Part shown: positions 12,015 through 22,762 of the stretch, one piece after another | How the letters are laid out: the number at the start of each line of letters is the position of its first letter | How positions within the stretch are numbered: position 1 is the stretch's first letter | DNA from: an uncultured Ignavibacteriota bacterium | Lineage (GTDB): Bacteria > Bacteroidota > Ignavibacteria > UBA10030 > BY39 | Assembly: GCA_947085405.1 (NCBI GenBank) | Contig: CAMTWO010000013.1 | Location: forward strand, 20,193 to 84,192 | Reading direction: 5' to 3' | Length of the DNA stretch: 64,000 nt | Position numbers and translations under genes: made by a program | Notes under the pieces: generated by a model | Database searches by the model: none | The model's input: only the letters and a program-made list of their open reading frames with translations | Told to the model about the DNA's origin: nothing

Positions 12015-13226
12015 ATGGCAAAAGAAAAGTTTACGAGGGATAAACCCCATGTCAACGTTGGAACAATAGGACACGTTGACCACGGAAAAACAACCCTAAC
12101 TGCTGCTATTACGATGGTTTTAGCAAAAAAGGGATTGTCGGCTATTAGAACATTCGATTCAATTGATAATGCCCCGGAAGAACGCGAACGTGGTATTACA
12201 ATTGCAACAGCACACGTAGAATACTCAACCGCTAAAAGGCACTACGCTCACGTTGACTGTCCTGGTCACGCTGACTATATCAAGAATATGATCACCGGCG
12301 CAGCTCAAATGGACGGAGCAATCCTCGTTGTTGCAGCTACCGATGGTCCGATGCCCCAAACACGCGAACACATTCTTCTTGCTCGTCAAGTAGGTGTTCC
12401 AAAAATAGTTGTATTTATGAATAAAGTAGATGCAGTTGACGATCCGGAATTATTAGAACTCGTTGAACTCGAATTAAGAGATTTGTTAAAGCAGTACGAA
12501 TTCCCCGGTGATGAAATACCGATTATTCAGGGTTCTGCATTAAAGGCAATGGAAGCAGCTATCCGACCGGATTCAAAAAGCGATGACCCGGCGTTTGAAT
12601 GCATCACTAAATTAATGGACGCAGTGGATACATATATCCCCGTTCCTCAGCGCGATGTCGATAAGCCATTCCTGATGCCTGTTGAAGACGTGTTCTCGAT
12701 TACAGGACGCGGAACAGTAGGTACCGGAAGAATCGAACGTGGCAAGGTTAATGTCGGCGAAGAAATCGAAATTATCGGTCTAGATGCTCATAAAAAAGCT
12801 GTAGTTACCGGTGTAGAAATGTTTCGCAAAGAACTTGACCAAGGTATGGCTGGCGATAACGTAGGTCTGTTATTACGCGGTGTCGATAAAACCGAATTGG
12901 AACGCGGAATGGTTTGTGCAAAACCCGGTTCAATTACACCACACAAAAAATTTAACGCTCAGGTTTACGTACTGAAAAAAGAAGAAGGCGGTCGTCATAC
13001 ACCATTCTTTACCGGATATCGTCCGCAATTCTATTTCCGTACAACCGACGTTACTGGTATCGCACACTTACCGGCAGGAATCGAAATGATTATGCCAGGT
13101 GATAACGTAGATAATTTAGACATCGAGTTAATTACTACCATCGCTATGGAAGAAGGTCTTCGCTTTGCTATCCGCGAAGGCGGTCATACTGTCGGCGCCG
13201 GTGTCGTAACAAAAATAATTGCATAA
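12015..13226 (+). CDS. tuf: elongation factor Tu
   Basis: 403 aa; [26 protein letters not shown]; canonical EF-Tu. Confidence 0.97.
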   Translation: MAKEKFTRDKPHVNVGTIGHVDHGKTTLTAAITMVLAKKGLSAIRTFDSIDNAPEERERGITIATAHVEYSTAKRHYAHVDCPGHADYIKNMITGAAQMDGAILVVAATDGPMPQTREHILLARQVGVPKIVVFMNKVDAVDDPELLELVELELRDLLKQYEFPGDEIPIIQGSALKAMEAAIRPDSKSDDPAFECITKLMDAVDTYIPVPQRDVDKPFLMPVEDVFSITGRGTVGTGRIERGKVNVGEEIEIIGLDAHKKAVVTGVEMFRKELDQGMAGDNVGLLLRGVDKTELERGMVCAKPGSITPHKKFNAQVYVLKKEEGGRHTPFFTGYRPQFYFRTTDVTGIAHLPAGIEMIMPGDNVDNLDIELITTIAMEEGLRFAIREGGHTVGAGVVTKIIA

Positions 13227-13264
13227 TAAAAACAATAACAAACATGAAGTTTTAGGAGTTACAG

Positions 13265-13573
13265 GTGCCAGGAGAAAAAATACGTATAAAATTAAAGTCT
13301 TACGATCATAATTTGATCGATAAGTCGGCTGAAAAAATTATTAAAACCGTAAAACAGACCGGTGCTATAGTATCAGGACCGATTCCGTTGCCGACCAAAC
13401 GGACAGTTGTTACAGTATTACGTTCGCCTCACGTTGATAAAAAATCGCGCGAGCAATTTGAAACTCGAACTCATAAACGATTAATTGATATTTTAAACTC
13501 AACATCACGAACTGTAGAATCGCTAATGAAATTAGAGTTGCCCGCAGGTGTAGATGTAGAAATTAAAGTGTAA
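13265..13573 (+). CDS. rpsJ: 30S ribosomal protein S10 (GTG start)
   Basis: 102 aa; ...[20 protein letters not shown]...[10 protein letters not shown]...; AGGAG RBS at 13254-13258. Confidence 0.95.
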   Translation: MPGEKIRIKLKSYDHNLIDKSAEKIIKTVKQTGAIVSGPIPLPTKRTVVTVLRSPHVDKKSREQFETRTHKRLIDILNSTSRTVESLMKLELPAGVDVEIKV

Positions 13574-13614
13574 CTCTTTCTTTAAAATTAGACACTGAAT
13601 AAAAAAAAAGCAAA

Positions 13615-14244
13615 ATGACTGGATTGTTAGGAAAAAAAATAGGAATGACGAGTATATTTGATGAACAGGGAATTGTTATCCCCTGCACCATCATCGAAGC
13701 AGGACCTTGTTTTGTTACTCAAATTAAAACCAAAGAGACCGATGGATATGAAGCTGTACAAATTGGTTTCGAGGATAAGAAAGCTCGTCTTGTAACCAAA
13801 CCTTTAATAGGCCATTTCAACCGTTCGGGGGTTACTCCCAAACGTTTGGTAAAAGAATTCAACGGATTCGATATCTCCAATATTAAATTGGGTGATGAGA
13901 TAAAAGTAGAAGCTATTTTTTCTGCTGGAGATAGCGTTTCTGTAACTGGCAAATCAAAGGGAAGAGGTTTTCAAGGTGTTGTTAAACGTCATCATTTCGG
14001 GGGTGGTTCTAAAACACACGGACAAAGCGATCGCGTTCGCGCTCCGGGATCTATTGGCGGCAGTTCGTATCCTTCACGAGTATTCAAAGGCCAACGTATG
14101 GCTGGTCGAATGGGTAATACTCAAACAACTGTCCAAAACTTAACAGTTGTTAAAATTATCAGTGAATCAAATTTGCTCTTAATAAAAGGTTGCGTTCCAG
14201 GTCATATAAATGCGTATGTAGAAATTCATAAAAAATTGAAATAG
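13615..14244 (+). CDS. rplC: 50S ribosomal protein L3
   Basis: [19 protein letters not shown]... is an L3-family N-terminus; S10 operon order. Confidence 0.95.
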   Translation: MTGLLGKKIGMTSIFDEQGIVIPCTIIEAGPCFVTQIKTKETDGYEAVQIGFEDKKARLVTKPLIGHFNRSGVTPKRLVKEFNGFDISNIKLGDEIKVEAIFSAGDSVSVTGKSKGRGFQGVVKRHHFGGGSKTHGQSDRVRAPGSIGGSSYPSRVFKGQRMAGRMGNTQTTVQNLTVVKIISESNLLLIKGCVPGHINAYVEIHKKLK

Positions 14245-14247
14245 AAA

Positions 14248-14871
14248 ATGGAATTAGAAGTTTACAAAAAAGATGGAACATTAAGCGGCGAGAAGATTAC
14301 ACTGGCTCCTGATGTATTCGAGATCGCACCAAACGATCACGCAATATATCAAGCTGTGCGTGTTTACTTAGCTAATCAACGTCAGGGAACACATAAAACA
14401 AAGACAGTTGCTGAAGTAAGCGGAGGCGGCAAAAAACCTTACAAACAGAAAAAAACAGGACGTGCTCGTAGCGGTTCTTCCCGGTCTCCATTATGGAAGG
14501 GTGGCGGTACAATTTTCGGACCTGTACCTCGCGATTATTCAATGTCGTTACCTGAGAAAGTAAATAAATTAGCCAGAAAATCGGCTTTAAGTTACCGCGT
14601 AAAAGAATCGGATGTTAAAATAGTCGAAGACTTTTCATTCGAATCTCCGAAAACTAAAGATATCGTTTCAATTTTAAAAGCTCTGAAATTGGATGATACA
14701 AAAACCTTACTTTTGTTATCAAAAACCGATAGCATAGTATATAAATCGGGACGAAATTTACCGAACCTTCAAATTCTTGAAGCAAACAAAGTATCGGCAT
14801 ACGATATTATGAAGAATAAAGTAATCTTATTTCAAAAGAGCGCTGTAGAAGTTATCGAAAAAATATTTTAG
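14248..14871 (+). CDS. rplD: 50S ribosomal protein L4
   Basis: 207 aa L4/L1e family, immediately after rplC. Confidence 0.93.
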   Translation: MELEVYKKDGTLSGEKITLAPDVFEIAPNDHAIYQAVRVYLANQRQGTHKTKTVAEVSGGGKKPYKQKKTGRARSGSSRSPLWKGGGTIFGPVPRDYSMSLPEKVNKLARKSALSYRVKESDVKIVEDFSFESPKTKDIVSILKALKLDDTKTLLLLSKTDSIVYKSGRNLPNLQILEANKVSAYDIMKNKVILFQKSAVEVIEKIF

Positions 14872-14886
14872 CAGAGAGTATAAACT

Positions 14887-15177
14887 ATGATGGGAATATT
14901 ACAAAGACCAATTGTTACCGAGAAGATGACGCAACTCGAAACTCAGCGGCAGTACGCTTTTGAGGTAGATCGAAAATCGAATAAAATAGAAATTCAAAAA
15001 GTAATCGAAAAAAAGTTTAACGTTAAAGTATTAAGTGTTAGAACAATTAATTACAAAGGAAAGCAAAAAACTCAAATGACCCGCCGCGGACGCTTCAGTG
15101 GCAAAACCGCACAGTGGAAAAAAGCTATCGTTACGCTCAAAGAGGGTGATAAAATAGAATTTTTCGAAAACATCTAA
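14887..15177 (+). CDS. rplW: 50S ribosomal protein L23
   Basis: 96 aa; ...RPIVTEKMTQLE...KFNVKVLSVRTINYKGK... L23 family. Confidence 0.93.
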   Translation: MMGILQRPIVTEKMTQLETQRQYAFEVDRKSNKIEIQKVIEKKFNVKVLSVRTINYKGKQKTQMTRRGRFSGKTAQWKKAIVTLKEGDKIEFFENI

Positions 15178-15243
15178 TCTAAAAGCGGGTCAGGAGAAGA
15201 GTACCTAAATACTCATATTAGCTGACCAAGGATTTATAGAAAT

Positions 15244-16074
15244 ATGGCAATCAGAAAATTAAAACCTGTTACACCGGGAACTCGTTGGATGAGTGTTCCT
15301 GCCTTCAACGAAATTACTAAAACGGTTCCTGAAAAATCTTTAATAGAAATATTAAAGAAAACCGGTGGACGTAATAACACAGGGCGTATAACATCACGTC
15401 ACCGAGGTGGCGGACATAAACGTTTTTATCGCATCGTCGATTTCAAGCGAGATAAATTTGATATCGAAGCAAATGTTACGGCAATCGAATATGATCCTAA
15501 CCGATCTGCTCGAATTGCTCTGTTGACTTACAAGGATGGCGAAAAACGTTATATCCTGGCTCCCGATGGTTTAAAAGTAGGCGAATCAATAATTTCGGGA
15601 CCAACATCGGAAATAAAAGCCGGAAATGCTTTACCTCTTTCAAATATTCCTGTTGGTTCTTTTATACATAATGTAGAATTAAAGCCGGGTAAAGGGGGGC
15701 AAATTGCCCGAAGCGCCGGTGTATCGATTCAACTTATGGCAAAAGAGTCCGACTATGTACAAGTAAAACTTCCATCCGGTGAAATCCGAAAAATTCAAGC
15801 TAAGTGTTACGCAACTTTAGGAACAGTCGGAAATATCGATCACGAAAATATTAGTCTTGGTAAAGCCGGTCGGTCAAGATGGTTGGGCATCCGTCCGCAA
15901 TCGCGCGGTGTGGTTATGAACCCGGTTGACCATCCACACGGTGGTGGTGAAGGTAAGTCGCCTCAAGGAAATCCACATCCTGTATCGCCGTGGGGCTGGC
16001 ATACTAAAGGTAAGAAAACACGAAGAGTTAAAAAGTTGTCAAGTAAATATATAATTAAACGTCGTACTAAATAA
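15244..16074 (+). CDS. rplB: 50S ribosomal protein L2
   Basis: 276 aa; ...[14 protein letters not shown]... L2 signature. Confidence 0.96.
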   Translation: MAIRKLKPVTPGTRWMSVPAFNEITKTVPEKSLIEILKKTGGRNNTGRITSRHRGGGHKRFYRIVDFKRDKFDIEANVTAIEYDPNRSARIALLTYKDGEKRYILAPDGLKVGESIISGPTSEIKAGNALPLSNIPVGSFIHNVELKPGKGGQIARSAGVSIQLMAKESDYVQVKLPSGEIRKIQAKCYATLGTVGNIDHENISLGKAGRSRWLGIRPQSRGVVMNPVDHPHGGGEGKSPQGNPHPVSPWGWHTKGKKTRRVKKLSSKYIIKRRTK

Positions 16075-16092
16075 TAAAAATGAATTGAAACT

Positions 16093-16374
16093 ATGAGTCG
16101 TTCAATTAAAAAAGGTCCATTTGTCGATCCAAAACTTTTAAAGAAAGTTCAGGATATGCAAAAATCGGGTAAGAAGTCTGTAATTAAATCTTATTCTCGG
16201 TCTTCTACTATTACTCCCGAATTTGTCGGATTAACTTTTACAGTCCATAACGGAAATAAATTCATCCCTGTTTATGTTCACGAAGGTATGGTCGGACACA
16301 AACTTGGTGAATTTGCTCCGACGCGGATATTCCGCGGGCATCCCGGACTTAAGAGCGAAGCATCAACAGGATAA
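16093..16374 (+). CDS. rpsS: 30S ribosomal protein S19
   Basis: [12 protein letters not shown]...[29 protein letters not shown]. Confidence 0.95.
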   Translation: MSRSIKKGPFVDPKLLKKVQDMQKSGKKSVIKSYSRSSTITPEFVGLTFTVHNGNKFIPVYVHEGMVGHKLGEFAPTRIFRGHPGLKSEASTG

Positions 16375-16399
16375 TAAATAGGTATAATTGGAGAATATA

Positions 16400-16801
16400 A
16401 TGGAAGCACGCGCAATACATAGGTATGTTCCGTCGTCGCCGCGCAAAATGCGATTAGTTGTCGATTTGATCCGCGGTAAAAATATTGAAGAAGCTATTTC
16501 GCTTATGCACTTTTCAACAAAGCATGCATCGAAAATTGTTGAGAAGGTATTACGTTCGGCAGTTTCAAACTTGCAGAATAAAGTTGAAGGCAAACGGATA
16601 GAAAATGAAAATATATTTGTAAAAACAGCATTCGTGAATGGCGGTCCTTCAATGAAACGGGTTCTTCCTGCACCGATGGGGCGGGCTTTTAGAATAAAGA
16701 AACGTTCAAACCATCTTACAATTATTGTAGCAGAACGAGAAGCAACAAATGAGACAACAACAAATTTAAAAACAAACAAAAAAACTGAGAAATCTGAATA
16801 G
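16400..16801 (+). CDS. rplV: 50S ribosomal protein L22 (start moved to ATG 16400; the track's 16388 is a TTG inside the rpsS-rplV spacer)
   Basis: [27 protein letters not shown]... is an L22 N-terminus. GGAG lies 6 nt upstream of ATG 16400. Confidence 0.9.
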   Translation: MEARAIHRYVPSSPRKMRLVVDLIRGKNIEEAISLMHFSTKHASKIVEKVLRSAVSNLQNKVEGKRIENENIFVKTAFVNGGPSMKRVLPAPMGRAFRIKKRSNHLTIIVAEREATNETTTNLKTNKKTEKSE

Positions 16802-16808
16802 GAGATAC

Positions 16809-17447
16809 ATGGGTCAAAAAGCAAATCCAATTGGACTTCGTTTAGGTGTAAATCGTGGCTGGGATTCAAACTGGTTCGAAAAAAGAGATTGTGGTGCCAA
16901 ATTATTAGAAGATATAACTGTCCGTAATTATATCCGTACCCGGTTAAAAAAAGCCGGTATCTCAAAAATTATGATCGAACGAACACCAAAACATGCCCGC
17001 ATAACAATTTTTACATCACGCCCAGGTATTGTTATCGGACGGAGTGGTCAGGAAATTACTAAATTAGAAGAAGAACTGAAAAAGATTTCAAACAAAGAAG
17101 TTAAACTTCTGATAAGCGAAATTAAACGACCGGAATTGGATGCCTATTTAGTTGCAGAAACTATCGCCGGACAAATTGAGGGACGGGTTTCTTTCCGTCG
17201 CGCTATGAAAAGCTCTATAACTTCGGCAATGCGTATGGGCTCCGAAGGAATTCGTATAATGTGCGCTGGTCGGTTAGGCGGCGCCGAAATTGCACGAACA
17301 GAACAATACAAAGAAGGTAGAATTCCGCTACATACTTTGCGTGCCGATATCGATTATGCTACAACAACCGCCCATACAATTTACGGTGCCATCGGTATTA
17401 AAGTTTGGATTTGTAAAGGCGAAATTTTAGGCGGCACTCCTTATTAA
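16809..17447 (+). CDS. rpsC: 30S ribosomal protein S3
   Basis: [23 protein letters not shown]... KH-domain S3. Confidence 0.95.
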   Translation: MGQKANPIGLRLGVNRGWDSNWFEKRDCGAKLLEDITVRNYIRTRLKKAGISKIMIERTPKHARITIFTSRPGIVIGRSGQEITKLEEELKKISNKEVKLLISEIKRPELDAYLVAETIAGQIEGRVSFRRAMKSSITSAMRMGSEGIRIMCAGRLGGAEIARTEQYKEGRIPLHTLRADIDYATTTAHTIYGAIGIKVWICKGEILGGTPY

Positions 17448-17471
17448 AAATTTTTATAATGGATAATTGAA

Positions 17472-17894
17472 ATGTTATTACCAAAACGTGTAAAATACAG
17501 AAAAACCCAACGTGGCAGGATGAAAGGTAAAGCTACTCGCGGAGCCACAATATCTTTCGGTGATTTCGGATTAAAAGCTTTGGAACCCGGATGGGTAACT
17601 CAACGACAAATCGAGGCGGCTCGTGTAGCATTAACGCGATTGATGAAGCGTGAAGGAAAAGTTTGGATACGAATTTTCCCCGATAAGCCGGTAACAAAAA
17701 AACCTGCTGAAACGCGTATGGGTAGCGGAAAAGGTGCCCCTGAATTCTGGGTAGCAGTTGTAAAACCCGGTACCATTCTGTTTGAAATAGGTGGTATAAA
17801 AAAAGACGTCGCCGTGGAAGCTATGTATATTGCAAGTCGTAAACTTGCTATCAAAAGCAAAATGGTTACACGTATAGGTTACGAAGCGAGTTAA
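17472..17894 (+). CDS. rplP: 50S ribosomal protein L16
   Basis: [24 protein letters not shown]... L16. Confidence 0.95.
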   Translation: MLLPKRVKYRKTQRGRMKGKATRGATISFGDFGLKALEPGWVTQRQIEAARVALTRLMKREGKVWIRIFPDKPVTKKPAETRMGSGKGAPEFWVAVVKPGTILFEIGGIKKDVAVEAMYIASRKLAIKSKMVTRIGYEAS

Positions 17895-17918
17895 TATTTA
17901 ATCTATTGAAAGAAGAAG

Positions 17919-18125
17919 ATGAAATCTCACGAAATCAAACAATTAACAGCTGAAGAAATTCGAAAGCGCATACAAGAAGAAGAAATAAACTTGAGTCATT
18001 TAAAATTTCAATTAGCAACCCGTCAGTTATCAAGCCCGATTCAAGTTCGGTCGGCACGGCGGAACATTGCGCGCTTAAAAACTATTCTTCTTGAAAAAGA
18101 GAACCAAGAGAAAGCAAAACAATAA
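17919..18125 (+). CDS. rpmC: 50S ribosomal protein L29
   Basis: 68 aa; ...LKFQLATRQLSSPIQVRSARRNIARLKT... Confidence 0.9.
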   Translation: MKSHEIKQLTAEEIRKRIQEEEINLSHLKFQLATRQLSSPIQVRSARRNIARLKTILLEKENQEKAKQ

Positions 18126-18141
18126 AGGATATTGAAGTAAG

Positions 18142-18402
18142 ATGACTGAAAGAAATACGGTACGGAAAATAAAAGTAGGGACAGTTGTAAGCAACAAGAT
18201 GCAAAAAAGCATTGTGATAGCTGTTGAAGGACGGATTCCACATCCGATATATCGAAAATATTATAAACGCACTACGAAGTTAATGGTGCACGACGAAAAG
18301 CAAGAAGCAAGTGTAGGCGATGTGGTAAAAGTAATGGAAACCCGCCCGCTCAGCAAAAATAAACGTTGGCGCCTTGTTGAAATTGTTGAAAAAGCTGTCT
18401 AA
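18142..18402 (+). CDS. rpsQ: 30S ribosomal protein S17
   Basis: 86 aa; ...[28 protein letters not shown]... Confidence 0.93.
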   Translation: MTERNTVRKIKVGTVVSNKMQKSIVIAVEGRIPHPIYRKYYKRTTKLMVHDEKQEASVGDVVKVMETRPLSKNKRWRLVEIVEKAV

Positions 18403-18423
18403 CGCGAAAAAGGAATTCAGATT

Positions 18424-18792
18424 ATGATACAAGAAGAAACCAATTTAATAGTAGCCGATAATTCGGGAGCAAAAAAAGTACAGTGTATTCGTGTGCTTGG
18501 TGGCCACGATCGCAGATACGCGGGTATCGGAGATCTAATAGTAGTTTCAGTAAAAAGTGCTATCCCCGGTGCCGGTGTTAAAAAAGGGGAAGTTTCACGA
18601 GCCGTAATAGTGCGAACAAAAAAAGAAACTCGCCGAAACGACGGGTCGTATATCCGTTTCGACGAAAATGCTGCTGTGTTGCTTAATGCACAAGGCGAAC
18701 CACGCGGAAGCCGTATATTCGGTCCGGTTGCACGCGAACTTCGTGATAAAAACTTCATGAAAATAATTTCATTAGCACCCGAAGTTTTGTAA
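18424..18792 (+). CDS. rplN: 50S ribosomal protein L14
   Basis: [27 protein letters not shown]... Confidence 0.95.
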   Translation: MIQEETNLIVADNSGAKKVQCIRVLGGHDRRYAGIGDLIVVSVKSAIPGAGVKKGEVSRAVIVRTKKETRRNDGSYIRFDENAAVLLNAQGEPRGSRIFGPVARELRDKNFMKIISLAPEVL

Positions 18793-18802
18793 AGGAAATA
18801 AA

Positions 18803-19126
18803 ATGAAAATTCATAAAAACGATAACGTAATTATAATTAACGGAAACGCAAAAGGAAAAACCGGAAAAGTATTGAAGGTTTTTCGCGAGACAAACCGTGT
18901 AATAGTTGAAGGCGTGAATATAACTAAACGTCACTCACGTCCATCACAAAAAAATCCAAAAGGTGGCATCATCCAAAAAGAAGCTTCGGTCAACTTGTCC
19001 AATGTTATGGTCATTTGTCCTAAGTGTAACGAAGCTTCGCGTGTTGGACGTGTTCAAGTTAAAGATGCAATAAGTAGTCGAAAACACATGATGCGTGTCT
19101 GCAAAAATTGTGAAGAAATGTTCTAA
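18803..19126 (+). CDS. rplX: 50S ribosomal protein L24 (variant with four Cys in the C-terminal region: CPKC...CKNC)
   Basis: KOW domain ...GKTGKVLKV..VIVEGVN...; C-terminal CPKCNEASRVGR...RVCKNC. Confidence 0.93.
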   Translation: MKIHKNDNVIIINGNAKGKTGKVLKVFRETNRVIVEGVNITKRHSRPSQKNPKGGIIQKEASVNLSNVMVICPKCNEASRVGRVQVKDAISSRKHMMRVCKNCEEMF

Positions 19127-19148
19127 CAAATTATTGAATTAGAAAATT

Positions 19149-19778
19149 ATGGCAAAAGAAAAAGCTCCGAAGAGCGTAAAAGAAACAAAACCAGCAGCGG
19201 GCCCAGCTACAAATGTAATCGAAAAGGGTGTTGCCCCTCGGCTGACTGAATTTTATAATAAAGAAATTATTCCTAAATTGATGGAAAAATTCAATTATAA
19301 AAGTGTAGCCCAAGTTCCGAAATTAGATAAAATATGTGTGAATGTAGGAGTAGGGCAAGCGACGCAAGATCCTAAACTGATCGAATTGATTGTTAAAGAA
19401 TTAGAATATATTGTCGGTCAGAAGACAGTAGTTCGACGTTCGAAAAAAGCAATATCGAATTTTAAACTTCGCGAAGGAATGCCGATAGGAGTTAGCGTTA
19501 CACTGAGACGGCACCGGATGATGGAATTTTTCGATAGATTGGTGAATGTTACAATGCCGCGAATTCGTGACTTCCGCGGATTATCCGACAAGTCGTTCGA
19601 CGGTAGAGGTAATTATACTTTAGGTGTTAAAGAACAAATTATTTTTCCAGAAATCGACGTTGATAAAGTAACAAAGGTTTTTGGAATGGATATTACATTT
19701 GTTACAACAGCAAAAACTGATCAAGAAGCATACGAACTGTTGAAAGCGTTCGGAATGCCATTTGTTAAACCGCAATAA
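19149..19778 (+). CDS. rplE: 50S ribosomal protein L5
   Basis: 209 aa L5 family (…[10 protein letters not shown]…[13 protein letters not shown]…). Confidence 0.95.
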   Translation: MAKEKAPKSVKETKPAAGPATNVIEKGVAPRLTEFYNKEIIPKLMEKFNYKSVAQVPKLDKICVNVGVGQATQDPKLIELIVKELEYIVGQKTVVRRSKKAISNFKLREGMPIGVSVTLRRHRMMEFFDRLVNVTMPRIRDFRGLSDKSFDGRGNYTLGVKEQIIFPEIDVDKVTKVFGMDITFVTTAKTDQEAYELLKAFGMPFVKPQ

Positions 19779-19798
19779 TAAATATATAGGAGAATTAC

Positions 19799-19984
19799 TT
19801 GGCACGATTAGCAATGCGGGTGAAAGCCAAAAGAACACCCAAATATCCGACACGACAACATAACAGGTGCAATATCTGCGGAAGATCCAGAGCATACTAC
19901 CGAAAATATGGAATATGTCGATTGTGTTTTCGTAAGCTTGCCTTAGACGGGAAAATCCCGGGCGTAAAAAAAGCTAGCTGGTAA
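19799..19984 (+). CDS. rpsN: 30S ribosomal protein S14, short Zn-ribbon type (Z)
   Basis: 61 aa; [20 protein letters not shown] gives CxxC...CxxC. Confidence 0.93.
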   Translation: MARLAMRVKAKRTPKYPTRQHNRCNICGRSRAYYRKYGICRLCFRKLALDGKIPGVKKASW

Positions 19985-20026
19985 TTACTTAAAAATAAAT
20001 GAAATTAATAAATTTAATGGATAAAT

Positions 20027-20422
20027 ATGAGCGTAACTGATCCAATAGCCGATTATCTTACAAGATTGCGAAATTCCTTAGGTGCAAAACGCAAACGAGT
20101 CGAAATTCCGTGCTCGGGTGTGAAAAGGGAAATCTCTCGCCTTCTCAAAGAAAAAAAATACATTGCCGATTATACCGAAGTCGCCGAAGAAAATTCGAGC
20201 AAACTGATTATCGAACTTCGTTACAATGCAGGTAAAAGTGTTATATCAGGTTTAAAACGAATTAGCAAACCCGGATTACGGGTATATGCGAAAGCCGACG
20301 AAATGCCACGTGTTTTAGGTGGTCTCGGAATAGCATTAATATCAACATCAAAAGGAATAATGACAGAAAAACAAGCCCGCATCGAAGGTATTGGCGGCGA
20401 AGTTTTATGTCATATTTGGTAA
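20027..20422 (+). CDS. rpsH: 30S ribosomal protein S8
   Basis: [16 protein letters not shown]... S8. Confidence 0.95.
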   Translation: MSVTDPIADYLTRLRNSLGAKRKRVEIPCSGVKREISRLLKEKKYIADYTEVAEENSSKLIIELRYNAGKSVISGLKRISKPGLRVYAKADEMPRVLGGLGIALISTSKGIMTEKQARIEGIGGEVLCHIW

Positions 20423-20439
20423 TAAAGGAGCTATAAAAA

Positions 20440-20991
20440 GTGTCAAGAGTAGGTCGTAAACCAATTCCAATCCCTAAAGGGGTTAAAATAGAAATTAACG
20501 GCAACGAGATACAGGTTGCCGGAACAAAAGGTAATTTAATATCTAAAAAGCCCGACAGTATTTCTGTTGCGGTCGAAGGAAATGAAATTATACTTAAGAG
20601 AAGTTCCGAAGAAAAACGAAATAAAGCACTTCATGGCTTATGGCGTGCTTTGGTTGCCAACATGGTACACGGTGTTTCTGAAGGTTATCAGAAAAAACTG
20701 GAAATCGTAGGCGTCGGTTATAAAGCTGAGATCAAAGGAAAAGGAATCCAGTTAGCACTTGGCTTTTCGCATCCGATTTTCTTCGTTCCTCCTCAAGGAA
20801 TAAATGTTGCAACTCCCACACCGACGAGTATAATGATTCAAGGAATAGATAAACATCTTGTAGGACTTGTTGCAGCAAAGATTCGCTCGTTCCGACCGCC
20901 CGAACCATACAAAGGTAAAGGAGTAAAATACGAAGGTGAATACATTCGCCGTAAAGCCGGTAAAACTGCAGCGTCAGCCGGTTCAAAATAA
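20440..20991 (+). CDS. rplF: 50S ribosomal protein L6 (GTG start)
   Basis: MSRVGRKPIPIPKGVKIEI... L6; AAGGAG RBS. Confidence 0.95.
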   Translation: MSRVGRKPIPIPKGVKIEINGNEIQVAGTKGNLISKKPDSISVAVEGNEIILKRSSEEKRNKALHGLWRALVANMVHGVSEGYQKKLEIVGVGYKAEIKGKGIQLALGFSHPIFFVPPQGINVATPTPTSIMIQGIDKHLVGLVAAKIRSFRPPEPYKGKGVKYEGEYIRRKAGKTAASAGSK

Positions 20992-21014
20992 AAAGTTATT
21001 AGGAAAATTGAGAT

Positions 21015-21383
21015 ATGATAAATAAAGCAAAATTTAAAAACCGCGACCGCATTCGTAAACATATACGTAAAAATATTTCCGGAACTACTGAGTGTCCGCG
21101 ATTATCAGTTTATCGTAGCCTGAAGCATATTTACGCTCAACTCATTGATGATACGAAGGGCACTACAATAGTATTCGTATCAACCCGGTCGAAAGATTTA
21201 CAAGATACCATTAAGGAAATAAAGAGTAAAACTGAATTAGCGAAATTAGTAGGAATTCATCTTGCAAAGAAAGCAATTGAAAATAAAATTCAAACAGTTG
21301 TATTCGACAGAGGTGGATTCAGATATCATGGAAATGTTAAAGCGATTGCTGATGGTGCCCGAGAGGGTGGATTGAAATTCTAA
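21015..21383 (+). CDS. rplR: 50S ribosomal protein L18
   Basis: ...PRLSVYRSLKHIYAQLIDD... L18. Confidence 0.93.
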   Translation: MINKAKFKNRDRIRKHIRKNISGTTECPRLSVYRSLKHIYAQLIDDTKGTTIVFVSTRSKDLQDTIKEIKSKTELAKLVGIHLAKKAIENKIQTVVFDRGGFRYHGNVKAIADGAREGGLKF

Positions 21384-21418
21384 GAATGAAATCTTGAACC
21401 TTCCTGTGGCTGTCAAAT

Positions 21419-21489
21419 TGCCGGGTAGTCTAATGGCAGGACAGCGGCCTTTGGAGCCGTATGTGGAGGTTCGACTCCTCCCCCGGCAG
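21419..21489 (+). tRNA. tRNA-Gln (anticodon UUG), no encoded CCA
   Basis: Hand-folded cloverleaf. Acceptor stem TGCCGGG/CCCGGCA gives a U1:A72 pair with discriminator G73; D-stem GTCT/GGAC; anticodon stem GCGGC/GCCGT with loop CTTTGGA (anticodon TTG); T-arm GGAGG-TTCGACT-CCTCC. U1:A72, G73 and U35 are E. coli tRNA-Gln identity elements. Confidence 0.7.
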
Positions 21490-21536
21490 CAGAAAGTATG
21501 AATACAATAAAAAATTTAAACATATGGAGTTAAAAT

Positions 21537-22058
21537 TTGGCACGAATAAAAGCAAGTGAACTTGAACTAAAAGATAAAATAGTTCATATCAATCGCGTAG
21601 CAAAAGTTGTTAAGGGCGGACGCCGTTTCAGTTTTAATGCGATCGTTGTAGTAGGCGACGGAAATGGTCACGTTGGTGTCGGACTCGGTAAAGCCAATGA
21701 AGTCAGTGATGCCATCGCAAAAGGAATTGATGACGCAAAAAAGAATGTGGTAAAAGTAAAAATCAATAAAGGAACCATTTCACATCCTGTTATAGCTAAA
21801 TACGGCGCTGCAAAAGTTCTGCTAAAACCAGCCTCTCCCGGTACTGGTTTGATTGCCGGAGGTGGCGTGCGTGCTGTATTGGAATCAGCCGGTGTCAAGG
21901 ACATATTAACAAAATCGCTCGGCTCATCTAATCCGCACAACGTTGTTAAAGCAACTTTGGTAGGATTGTTAAGTTTGTCGGACGCACACCAGATTGCTTC
22001 ACGTCGCGGCATATCACTGGAAGAATTGTTTCAAAATAAACCGAAGGTAAATGAGTAG
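21537..22058 (+). CDS. rpsE: 30S ribosomal protein S5 (TTG start)
   Basis: [10 protein letters not shown]...[24 protein letters not shown]... S5. Confidence 0.95.
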   Translation: MARIKASELELKDKIVHINRVAKVVKGGRRFSFNAIVVVGDGNGHVGVGLGKANEVSDAIAKGIDDAKKNVVKVKINKGTISHPVIAKYGAAKVLLKPASPGTGLIAGGGVRAVLESAGVKDILTKSLGSSNPHNVVKATLVGLLSLSDAHQIASRRGISLEELFQNKPKVNE

Positions 22059-22066
22059 GAATTATT

Positions 22067-22258
22067 ATGACTCAAAAGAAAATTAAAATAACACAAGTTT
22101 ATAGCATAATCGATACACTCGAAGCTCATAAACGTACTATTAAAGCTTTAGGATTAGGAAAACCTAATCATTCAGTTATCAAAACCGAAACACCTCAAAT
22201 AAGAGGAATGATAAATAAAGTAATACATCTCATAAAAGTCGAAGAAATTAAAGAATAA
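22067..22258 (+). CDS. rpmD: 50S ribosomal protein L30
   Basis: 63 aa; KIKITQV.S......HKRTIKALGLGK is the L30 motif. Confidence 0.9.
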   Translation: MTQKKIKITQVYSIIDTLEAHKRTIKALGLGKPNHSVIKTETPQIRGMINKVIHLIKVEEIKE

Positions 22259-22283
22259 TCCGCGAGTCGGAATTAGGTGAAAT

Positions 22284-22760
22284 ATGGCAAAAGCATTATT
22301 ATCGAATTTAAAATACAACGAAGGTTCACGCAAAAAACGTAAACGTATCGGTCGTGGTCAAGGTTCAGGACACGGCGGTACTTCAACGAAAGGACACAAG
22401 GGACAAAATTCACGTTCCGGTGTAAGCTACCGTCCTTGGTTTGAAGGCGGACAGATGCCGCTATCACGGCGTGTTCCTAAGTTTGGTTTTACAAACATAT
22501 CAAGAGTTGAATTTCAAGTTGTAAACGTTCAAAATTTAGAAACTCTTGCCGCTACGGGAAAATTTCCTGATGGTTTAGTTAATCCTGAAATTTTACATAA
22601 CATAGGAGCTGTTTCAAAAAAAACACTCCCTGTTAAAGTTTTGGGTAACGGCGAATTAAAATCTAAATTAGAAGTTACAGCACACGCCTTCAGCACTACA
22701 GCTACCAAAAAAATTGAGTCGGCTGGAGGAAAATCATTAACCATTTCTTTTAATAAGTAA
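22284..22760 (+). CDS. rplO: 50S ribosomal protein L15
   Basis: 158 aa; Gly/Lys-rich N-terminal GRGQGSGHGGTSTKGHKG. Confidence 0.93.
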   Translation: MAKALLSNLKYNEGSRKKRKRIGRGQGSGHGGTSTKGHKGQNSRSGVSYRPWFEGGQMPLSRRVPKFGFTNISRVEFQVVNVQNLETLAATGKFPDGLVNPEILHNIGAVSKKTLPVKVLGNGELKSKLEVTAHAFSTTATKKIESAGGKSLTISFNK

Positions 22761-22762
22761 AA

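Noticed and set aside
16363-16965. 200-aa minus-strand ORF overlapping rplV/rpsC
   Set aside because: Antisense to two conserved ribosomal protein genes; typical long shadow ORF in an AT-rich genome.
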